Below are positions 53,770 through 64,000 of a stretch of 64,000 bases of DNA, piece after piece. Each line of letters opens with the position of its first letter. Positions within the stretch are counted from its first letter, which is position 1. Origin of the DNA: the human T2T-CHM13v2.0 reference genome, Homo sapiens. A program made the translations under genes and the position numbers. The notes below the pieces were generated by a model. It did no database searches. It worked only from the letters and a program-made list of their open reading frames with translations, and was not told the origin of the DNA. The stretch is taken from the NCBI RefSeq assembly GCF_009914755.1, contig NC_060935.1. One strand, 5' to 3'.

Positions 53770-54395
53770 TAGACTGGCAACTAATACATATAGGAGGAAT
53801 TATTTCATTTAAAAAGTCACGATTTTGCAAATATCAAAATAATGATTTATTCAAGCAAGAATCATCAATTGATGCTGAAAACATTGGGTGCAAGTTGTAT
53901 GAGGACTAGGATATTTAAAGCCTCAAAGTATATCCCCATAGATGATTAATTAATTACAAAGGAGGAAATGATAATCTTACAGTTGAGAAACTTGGAGGAT
54001 AATACTTAACCAGGGGATCAAAGTAAATAAGACCAACAGCAGGACAAAGTGATACCATGTACCTCCTGATATGATGCACTGAGGAGGACACAACATAATT
54101 TATATATTTCTCATGCCAAAAATGCTGAATCTGAAATTAACCATGGGGAAATCATCATATATATCCAAATTGAGGGACATGCAACATAACAACTTGCCAG
54201 AAATCTTCAAAACTGCCAATGTCACAAGACAAGGAAATGCTAAAGCATCGTTCCCAGTTAAAGAGACTGAAAAGGTATCACAACTGAAAGCACTATATGA
54301 CACAGGATTGGGTCCTACATCAAATAAAGAATTTCTCTAACAGACATTTCGTTGGTAAATTTGGCAAAATTTAAATATGGACTATATAAAAATAG
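53770..54395 (+). mobile_element. Old L1 (L1MC-like) 3' UTR
   Basis: cttaaccaggggatcaaagt..cctcctgatatgatgcactgag..ccaaattgagggacat. Confidence 0.6.
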
Positions 54396-54424
54396 AAGCC
54401 TGTTTGGAGTAGATATGTGGGTGG

Positions 54425-54880
54425 CAAAATTCAACTGCCTACTTGACATCTACATATTAATGTCTACAAAAAGATTTCTCATACTAACTCTTGATTCCTC
54501 CCATCCCCAAACCTGTAACTGTCATATTTCTCATGTGGATCAATGTCACCACCATCTACCCAGTTGCTCAAGCCAAATGCTTGGAAGATATCCTTCGTTT
54601 TTTTCTTTCTGTTACCCCCCTAGCCCATCTGCCAGCAATTCCTTATGACTATACCTTCAAAGCATATTTCACATTGATCCACTGCTTTTCATCTCTACTG
54701 CTACCACTCTGGTCCAAGCCATTATCATCTGATGGGAGGACTACAGCAATAATCTCTTCATTTGCCCCTATGAGTCATTATTAACACAGAGGCTAAAGAA
54801 TCTTTTTTTACTTGTAAATCAATACATGTCACTACCCTGCCTAAAACTTTGCAAAGTTCCCTTTGAGCTTAGAATAGAAT
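54425..54880 (+). mobile_element. L2 LINE fragment
   Basis: caactgcctacttgacatct..ccatctacccagttgctcaagccaaa..ccactctggtccaagccattatcatct. Confidence 0.8.
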
Positions 54881-55385
54881 TCTGAAAGCTTCTCTCTCTT
54901 CCCTCAAAGAAACCTTTATCTTCTGTAGCCTCAGGGATGGGAGTTCTAAAAATCCAAACCCAGAATTTTATCCTGCAAGTGACTGAATTACACTACAGAT
55001 TGTGTTTCCATGCATGGCATCTTCCAGTAAAGTTATGGCATGGATTGGGAAGAAGTAAGATCCTGAAAATTAGAATGGAGAGATATGGGCAGATCCCAAT
55101 GAATCTTAGGACCTTGTACCCCTAAACTCTGCTGAGTCTTCTTTGTAGAAGCAGCTCTTCTACCCCTGACTGAGGAGTTTGCCCTCCTTTGCCTGAAGAA
55201 ATGCTAATGATCTTCGCTAAAGTAGTTGCCTTACAAGGCATTGCTGATTCTTCTCAGGACCCACCCCTGGCAATCCTCTTTGCTTCTACACCTGTAATAG
55301 ACTCAACTCTCAACTGGCCTCAAAGGGTAAGGTACAAAGTATGAGCTACAAGAAGGTTCACTACACATCAAAACAGCTACATTAT

Positions 55386-55693
<308 letters not shown>

Positions 55694-55806
55694 TTAATTT
55701 ACACAGATAGAAATCTGGAGAATATGTGTGGGAATGAATACTAAGAGTACGGGATCAAGGTGAAAGGAACATAAAATTGGGTCAGGCTGAATTTATTGAT
55801 ATGGGC

Positions 55807-56152
55807 TGTTTAAAAAAAAGTTAGCCCAATTAAATTTAAAAAAATTTAATTGAGCAAAGAAAAATTCACAAATAGGTCAGCCTCCCAAACCAGAGCAGGC
55901 TCAGAGACTCCAGCGCAGCCATGTGGTGGAAGAAGATTTATGGACAGAAAAAGGAAAATGATGGACAGAAAATGGAAGTGAGGTACAGAAAAAGCTGGAT
56001 TAGTTACAGCTCAGTGTTTCCATTATTTGAACAGTTTCAACAGTTGACCACCTTTGATTGACCAAAACTTGCAGTTCATGATGTACAGAGAAACCTTTAG
56101 GTTGAACTTAAAGTATGTAAGGAGGAAACTTTAGGCTAAACTTGATTTAACA
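55807..56152 (-). mobile_element. ERV1 solo LTR (MER57-like)
   Basis: TG..CA, 4-bp TSD GGGC; removal restores ERVL gag DMG-PLSRDS. Confidence 0.85.
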
Positions 56153-56397
56153 GGGCCCACTAAGCAGAGATTCTGGATGCAAGCTCAGCTTGAAGGGCTG
56201 GGAAGACCTTTAACAATCTCGTTAGTTGGTTGGTTGGTTGGTTAGCTGAAACAAGGACCCAAATATGGCCTCCACTAGATGAAACTGAAATGCCCAAAAT
56301 ACTTTGGTACAGTATAGAAGAAGGTATCTAACGACTTAGGAAGACTGGAATACTAGAGTGAATTTATCATGTGAAATCTGTTCACCTACACCAGGGG

Positions 56398-56761
56398 TGT
56401 ATTCATCTGTTTTCACACTGCTGATAAAGACATACCTGAGACTGGGCAATCTACAAAAGAAAGAGGTTTATTGGACTTACAGTTCCATGTGGCTGAGGAG
56501 GCCTCACAATCATGGCAGAAAGTCAAAGTCATGTCTCACATGGCAGTAGACAAGAAAAGAGAGAAACAGGAGTGCAGGGAAACTCCTGTTTTTAAAACCG
56601 TCAGATCTTGTGAGACTTATTCCTTATAACGAGAACAGCACCGGAAAGACCCACCCCCATGATTCAATTACCTCCCACCAGATTCCTCCCATGATACATA
56701 GGAACTGTGGGAGTTACAATTCAAGATGAGATTTGGGTGGGGACACAGCCAAACCATATCA
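56398..56761 (-). mobile_element. THE1 solo LTR
   Basis: tgtattcatctgttttcacactgctgataaagacatacc..ggggacacagccaaaccatatca. Confidence 0.93.
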
Positions 56762-57768
56762 AGGAGGGGTCCAGAGGAAACATTTCCCCCCATGAGGGGA
56801 GCCACAGCACCCTTAAAGAGTTCATTGATTGTTCTCTCCAGTAGATCAGAAATTAAAGTGGGACCTGCTACCATTGAACTGGGATCCCTAAATTTAATGG
56901 CTCAATGGGATCCTGAGTGGCAGGGCCCAAACAGGGTGGCACCTGGTCTGTCCAAAGGCCAGAGAAGCATGGTTACTATAATGGACAATAGAGTCAAAAC
57001 AGTTATCAGAATAGTCTGGCTCTCAGAGATCTATGGCAATTGGTAGTTGATCATGGTGTCCCTAGGGAAAAAAATTGATGTGCAGTCCACTAATTATTAT
57101 CTGACCTATATAAACAGAAGAATTCTAAGTCTAGTGAACAGAAGTCTAATTTGAATTACAAAAACAAATAGTCATGGCCCCTCAGTCAATTCTCAGATTT
57201 GACGCAGTTTATAGACTCAGAACTCACTGAATGAAAGGGAGCCCAGGTCCCCTTAAGGAAAGACGCTACTATGTTGCCAAAAATTTATACTGTTAATCTT
57301 CCCCACCCCCTCACCCCCAGCCCCCGACCTTCTCCAAAGGGATCTACAGTCATTTAACAAGGTAGCTGCATCAGGGAAAGAGATAGTCACAACTTTCAGG
57401 GATTACTAAACATAGGTTCTATGTTGACATTAATTCCTGAGGATCTAAAATGTCACTGTGGTCCACTAATCGGAGTAGGAGCTTATACAAGCCAGATAAT
57501 CAATAGAATTATTAGCTCATCCCTGTCTTACAGGGAGCACAGTGGAGCTTTGAACCCATTCTGTAGTTATTTCCCCAGCTCTGGAATGCATAATTGGAAC
57601 AGACATTCTCAGCAACTGGCAGGATGCCTGTATTGGGTGCCTGTCTTGTGGAGAGAGGGCTATTTTGGTGGGAAAGGTCAAGTGGGAGACGCTAGAACTG
57701 CATCTACCTATAGAAATAGTAAGCTAAAAGTCATACAACATTCCTTGAGGAAGTTCAGAGATTAATGC

Positions 57769-58263
57769 TGTAGGGGAGAGAAAGCAATACCTTTTCCTCA
57801 CCTATCTCAAGGGTCATGGCTAACACCCCTCTAACAAAAGACAGATTAACAAGGGAAAAGCATAGCAAATTTATTTAACCAAAGTTGTACATAACACAGG
57901 AGTCTTCAGAAATGAAGACACAAAGACCCAGGGAAAACTGTATATTTTTATGCTGTCTGATGAAAGAAGTAGATGGTTGTGGACATAATTGGACAAAAAA
58001 GGGGTATAACCTAATGGTAATAACTGGGAGAAACTTAATAAGGCCTATTTTTTCATATTCTTCTTGGCCTCTGGGTATAGGGTAAGACCCCTCTAGAATA
58101 AGAGTCTTATGACCTACTTTCAGGTGAGAAAGTTCAGAGAATTTCTTTATGACCATGCTTCAGGGGAGTCAGCTGAAAGAAAGTCAGAGTAACCTTTTTG
58201 CTTCTGTAATTCTTTCATTGCCAAGGTGCCATATTTTGGAGTATCTTGTTCTAAGCCCCAACA
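57769..58263 (-). mobile_element. ERV1 solo LTR (MER31-like)
   Basis: TG..CA, 4-bp TSD ATGC; removal restores ERVL RT EINATIKDLK. Confidence 0.8.
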
Positions 58264-59407
58264 ATGCCACCATTAAAGACTTGAAAGATGCAGGAATAGT
58301 GATTCCCACCACATCCCCCATTTAATTTACCTAGGCAGAAGATAGATGGATTTTGGAGAATGGCGAAGGATTGTCATAAACTTGGTTTACAGTGCCAGCT
58401 AGGTGGCAATATCTTGCAGGGCTAGGACAAGGTCCCCCAGAAGGCTGTATATGTTCTAAATCAGCATTTAATATATGGTGTTGTTTCTCCTATAGCCAGG
58501 ATTCATGTATCTAGAAATCAGAGTGGAAATGGGAGTGGCTTCATTAACTATTACTGCTAGTGATTCACAGCAAAACATTTGCTTCCCATCCCTAAAACTT
58601 TAGGCTCTGCTGGTCTAGAGGTCTTACCTGCAAAGAGAACAATTCTTCCACCAATAGACACAACAGTGATCCCACTGAACTAGGTGACTGCCACCCAGCC
58701 ACTTTGGGCTTCTCATGTCTCTGAATCAGTAGAAGGAAATTACTGTATGAGTTGGGGTGATTAATCTTGATTGCCAAGGGGAATGTTGATTGTTGCTACA
58801 CAAGGAAGATAAGGAAAATATATCCGGAATACAAGAGATCCTTTAGGGCCTCTCTTAGTACTCCCATGTCCTGTGATTAAAGTCAGTGGAAAACTACAAC
58901 TCAATTCAGACAGGACTGTTAGCAGCAGAGATTCTTCAGGAATGAAGGTTTGAGTCACCTCAGCAGGCAAAGAACAAGACCAGCAAAGCTGCTTGTGGAG
59001 GACAAAAGGAATGTGGACTGGGTAGAAGAAGGCAGATTACATACCAGCTATGACCATGTGACCATTGAATAAACAAGGCTTGTCTTAGTTATGAGCATTT
59101 CTCCCTTATTTTTATGAATATATATAGACATAGATATAGATACACCAAATATTTTTCACTTATTTCTTTATCATCTAACATAAGCTATATTACTAATAGT
59201 TAACTTTATATCTCAGTACTTAAGATACAAGGCAAAAGCAGTGAACATCATCCAAGGGCTTTGTATTCTTTTCTAGGGAAAGTTTCAGTTGTACTCAGGA
59301 CTGTTGTATCATGTTAGGCAGAAGTACAACCTTGTTATTATCTTTATTTGGAGATTAAGCATGGTTTAAGGAGATGTATATGAGTGCCGAGTTAACAAGA
59401 GGTGGTC

Positions 59408-59810
59408 TGTGATGGTCTTTTTGATGTGTCAACTTGGCTAGGCTAAAGTCCCCAGTTATTTGATCTAACACTAATCTACGTGTTGGCGTAAAGGTATTTT
59501 GTAGATGTGCTTAAAGTTCATAATCGGGTGACCTGAAGTAGTGGCAATAGATAACCTAGACAGGCCTAATTTAATTGGTCGAAAGCCCATTAAAGCAGGG
59601 TTAAGGCTTCACTGAGAGAAGAAAAAATTCTGTCTGTGGACAGCAGCTTCAGCCATGCCTGAGAGTTCCAGCCTGCGTTCCTGACAGCCTGTCCGGCAGA
59701 TTTCAGACCTGCCTACTCAGTCCCCACCATCATGCGTGCTAACTCCCTGTGATAAATTTCTATACATCTCCCACTTGTTCAGCTTCCCTGATTGAATCCT
59801 AAGTGATACA
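59408..59810 (+). mobile_element. MLT2 (C/D-like) 3' LTR of ERVL #1
   Basis: tgtgatggtc..tgtcaacttggctaggcta..cctaagtgataca, preceded by PPT-like aacaagaggtggtc. Confidence 0.88.
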
Positions 59811-60219
59811 CTTGGGGAGGGAGGAGGTCATAGAATTTTACATAGCAAAGGACAGGTGGCAGGGCTTAACCATTAAAAGCAAAATGGGTATAATTATCAA
59901 AACAGTTTGCAAGACCTGAGGCATTGTGGGAGGGGCTTGAGCTGCAAGTATGTGTAGTAAAGGTAATTGATCAGGGAGAAATAGAAAGCTACCTACAGTA
60001 TCATGCTGATTGCATACAAAAAAAAAAAAAAACAAGAGCTTAGGAGAAGGCCAACATCAGTTGCCACAATGGAAATTTACAGTCCCTCACCCAGTTTCAA
60101 TATTTAGAGCAGGTCCAGAGCCCTTAGATGAAATGGAGTCTGGGTCACCTTGTGGAAAGATTCTACAATGTCACTACAAATATACACAATGTTACTACCC
60201 CAACCCTTCCCCAAAGTGA

Positions 60220-60748
60220 TGAGACAGGAGAATAGGGTCTGGAAGCAGGGAACCTAAGGCCAATTCATGCTTTCTATAGCTAAATCAAAAGGAAAACCCC
60301 AACTTTCCACACCTAAGTAACAAATGGCAAGACTCTGTCTCACCAAAAAAAAAAAAAAAAAAAGGACTGGAGGCTACTCCCTTTGCAAATCCCCCACAAC
60401 CAATCAGACTGACTGTGGGCCAAGTCTTCATTTGCACAGAAGTGTAACTTTGTAACTTCAATTTAGCCTCTGATTGGTTGCTTTCCACAACCAATCAGAT
60501 GCTTTGCATAGGGTGTAACCTTTGTAACTTCACTTCAGCCTCTAATTGTGGGCCACTACTTCATTTATGTAGGGCGTACACCAAGTAACCCATGGGAAAC
60601 TCTAGAGAGTATTTAAACCCCAGAAAATAGGGACTCTAAATCTCTGCTTTTGTTGCTTCATTCTTTCCTTGCTTTGTTTATACATTTTGTCCAATTCTTT
60701 GTGCAGGACGCCAAGAACCTGGAAACTGGACACCCTCCACTGGTACTA
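60220..60748 (+). mobile_element. ERV1 solo LTR (MER51-like)
   Basis: tgagacaggagaatagggtctggaagcagggaacctaaggcc; several CCAAT boxes; 4-bp TSD GTGA. Confidence 0.88.
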
Positions 60749-61876
60749 GTGACATGAGAATATTTGCCAGGATAACTGTGCCCCGAGAAAAAGAAAACAC
60801 CTTGACTTTTCAAGAACCATTAGGTATAGGATTTGAGCTGACTCTGATACCAGGGAACTCAAAATGCGATCATGATCCTCTGGTTAGAGTGGAGGTTTAT
60901 GAAAGCCAGACGGTAAATGGAGCTTGGGCCAAGCCCATCCACAGTAAGTCCCTCTGAGTGTATCAAGCCATCCTGTGGTCATTTTTGGCATCTGGCAGAA
61001 CCCATATGTTGATTCCCTGGCCTGTCAGGTAAGACTTTTAAGGTAGGCAAAAAGAATCATGTAGAAGCCCCTGACACTCCTTACCCTCAGCTCTGGCCAA
61101 AATTGTATATCAGAAACAATGTTGCAACTGAGGGAATTGCATAAGTGTCACCACCAACATCAAAAATTTATATGGTGTAGGAGTAATTCACATCATGCCT
61201 ATTTTCAACTGATCTATCTTGGCCCTGAGAAAATCTGATTGATTATGACAGATAATCATATATTACCTAAACTTAACCAAATAGTAGTCCCAAATGTAGC
61301 TGATGTGTCAGGTGTTGTATCTATATAGGGTTAGATCAACCCAGCTGGGAATATAGCTAATATCTGGCAAATGTGTTCTTGGTTCCCATCAATAGAAAAG
61401 ATTTTGAAAGTGTGCACTTACATAGTAAGGACAGCAGTATACAGGCACAATCTTTCCCAAAAGCTATGTCGTCAACTCTTTGCCATAGTGTCATCCATAA
61501 GGACCTTGTTCATCTTGACATTCTGCAGACCATCAAGGAGCCCACTATACTGGTGATTGTGCTTGGTGAATTAAAGTAGAAAGTACCCTAAATGAGTGTT
61601 TTTCAAACATTCTTAGAAAAGCTAAGTTTTATTCTTCAATTCATGATGGACTGGCATTTTATAAACTTGAACAAAAATGAATTACTAGAAAAATGAAATA
61701 AAGACATACAAAATGATTTTAAATTACTAGATTCAACACATATAATGTTACATTTCAATAATTATAATCAAGAAAAATATAGAAAAAAGATTTTTAAAAC
61801 TGTACACTTTGTTCACTGAAAGTATACATTAGATGATTAATTTAAAAATCACTATTACACTCAAGGTTTTTTAGGT

Positions 61877-62165
61877 TTCTTTTTTGAGACAGGGTCTCAC
61901 TCTGTTGCCTAGGCTGAATTGCAGTGGCATGATCATCACTCACTGCAGCCTCAGCTTCCTGGACCCAAGCAATCCTCCCAGTTCAGGTTCCTTCATAGCT
62001 GGGACTACAGGCATGCACCACTATGCCCGCTAATTTTTTATTTTTTGTAGAGATAAAGTCTCACTATGTTGTCAAGATTGGTCTTGAACTCCTGTGCTCA
62101 AGAAATCCTCTAGTCTGTGCCTTCCAAATTGTTGGGATTACAGGCGTGAGCCACCATGCTTGGCT
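61877..62165 (-). mobile_element. AluJ
   Basis: gagacagggtctcactctgttgcc..caagcaatcctccc. Confidence 0.9.
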
Positions 62166-62497
62166 CAAACTTTTTTTGTCATTCTTTATTTATAAATAAA
62201 CAAAAAGTTATGAGCAAAATATTGATTTTCCCCATATTAAATACCTTTAAGCATGCTTGCTTCTTGCTTATAAAATTATCTAAACTAGATTAAATTGATG
62301 ATAATCCTACTCACAAGGAATAATGTATATCTAAATCATTTCTATGATTTATTTCAATGACATAACCCTCATAGTAGAGAAACTAATCTTAAAAAGGCAT
62401 GTAGCCAGGAATGGAAGAAAAGATTTTAAAATCATTTTGAGCAATCTCAGGGTATTCATTTTCAACTTTTATCCAAAAGGAAACAAGTGATGCTATA

Positions 62498-62935
62498 TTT
62501 TTTTTTCAACTTTTATTTTAGATACGCGTGTACATATGCAGGCTTGTTACATGGGTATATTCCACTCAGGTAGCAAGCATAGTACCCAACAAGTAGTTTC
62601 TTTGACCCATGACCCCCTCTTTCCCCTCCATACTCTAGTAGTCCACAGTGTCTGCTGTTCCCATGCTTATGTCCATGGGTGCTCAATGTTTAGCTCCCAC
62701 TTATAAGCGAGAAAATGCCATATTTGGTTTTCTGTTCCTGCATTAATTCAGTTAGGATTATGGCCTCCAGCTCAATCCATGTTGCTGCAAAGGACATGAT
62801 TTCATTCTTTTTTATGGCTGCATAGTAGTCCATAGTGTATATGCACCACGTTTTCTTTATCCAATCCAGCATTCATTGGCACCTAGGTTGATTCCATGTC
62901 TTTGCTATTGTAAGTAGTATGGCAATGAGCATATG
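62498..62935 (-). mobile_element. 5'-truncated primate L1 (L1PA/PB) 3' end
   Basis: ORF2 C-terminus WIKKTWCIYTMDYYAAIKKNEIMSFAATW; perfect 16-bp TSD agtgatgctatatttt. Confidence 0.93.
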
Positions 62936-64000
62936 AGTGATGCTATATTTTCAAAATCATTCTTCAGTTCTTCATTATTCATCCCCAATACTTTATCTTA
63001 TAAAATTATACTTAAACATAGATTATCTTCTAATAAAAGAAGTTGATTCATGGTTTTACTTACAGAGATTACAGTTGACAAACTATCCTTAAAATATCAC
63101 ATTATAATGTGACTAATACACAGCTTATACTACACAGAACTCCTTGTGTGAGTTCAATAACAGCCAAAATGCATCTAACCTGGTTAAGTAAGACAAATCT
63201 ACTTATCAAGAACTTAGATGTCACCACAATGTCAAGTTGCTATAAAATTTTCTAAAAGCTTACCTTTCAATTTCTGCATTTATCTCACTGCAGAATGGGG
63301 ACAGATAGTTCATAAGTCAGCTTCACTCACAAACCATACTTTGAATATTACTGCTCTAGATAACCTACTAAGGAAAATGAGTGCAGCAAATAAGAGAAAA
63401 ATTCCATGAAGATTGAGAATTCTGTCAGATAGGTGAAGCTTTCAGTACTCTAGTGATCTGGGACAGGCTGAGACATTGTCTCCAAGATAAATGACAAGTT
63501 CTTAGATCTAACATCTCCTACCACTAAGAAAAAGGCATACATTTGGGATATAAACTGTACTTGGGAATACTGCTTTGACCTATTAACAGGTGCCTTGGAA
63601 GGCTTTCAACAAGAACAGGCTTTGCAGCATATCTAGGCTAAGGGTACAAGCTGTCATGCCACTCAGGCCATGTAAACCAGAGGCAGAGAGAGTTATCCAT
63701 AGTATGTAAGATTATTTTGTGGAGTCTTTTGTAAGCACCAACTGGAGAGACCCCTGACATGCTACTGGGCCCTAGAGACATGTGTGAAATCAAGAAACTA
63801 TGTAACCAGAGGTGTCCATTAGGATCTGGGCATTATCAGATCTACCAAGCTATAAGGTTGAGTGGGCACAACAGAAATTCATCATATAATGGACATAGCA
63901 CATTTTGGATTGAGCCAGAGCAGGTCCAGAAGACACAAGTGAATTACTAGAGGAAAAAAAAAAAAAACATAAACAGTTATTTTTTCTCTACTCACAACAC

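Larger units (their letters stand above)
61594..63353. mobile_element. hAT-Charlie DNA transposon inserted in ERVL RT
   Basis: Degenerate TIRs gagtgtttttcaaa / tttgaatattactg; 8-bp TSD ccctaaat / ctctagat fits the Charlie NTCTAGAN target. Confidence 0.7.
59840..63945 (+). mobile_element. ERVL internal region #2 (more decayed gag end, protease, RT), multiply interrupted
   Basis: Protease TFQEPLGIGFELTLIPGNSKCDHDPLVRV; RT remnants 61100-61593 resuming at 63354 (TLDNLLRKM..DKFLDLTSPTTKKKA). Confidence 0.8.

Overview
Anthropoid primate (human-like) genomic DNA, shown by AluJ/S/Y, FLAM/FAM, THE1 and primate ERV1 LTRs. I found no credible protein-coding exon, RNA gene or CRISPR array, so the window reads as gene-desert or deep intronic sequence. 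Roughly half is interspersed repeat: MIR, L2, CR1/L3, L1, MaLR/ERVL/ERV1 LTRs, hAT/Tigger DNA transposons and Alus. The last ~9 kb is a deeply nested pile of two decayed ERVL proviruses. Between the repeats lie several repeat-free blocks dense in homeobox-type motifs that look like conserved enhancers. Most notable: (1) a still-readable APE-endonuclease fragment of an ancient non-LTR retrotransposon at 22.2-22.4 kb; (2) an AT-rich block with no CpG depletion at 25.3-25.8 kb and faint CR1-like 3' motifs; (3) a CpG-enriched block at 40.2-41.0 kb with two strong convergent CTCF motifs and a perfect splice donor; (4) a ~230-bp dispersed duplication whose ends coincide with C/D-box-like motifs; (5) a 46-bp templated insertion into a MIR. 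Repeat subfamily names come from remembered consensus sequences and old-repeat boundaries are approximate. Conservation and expression cannot be seen from sequence alone.
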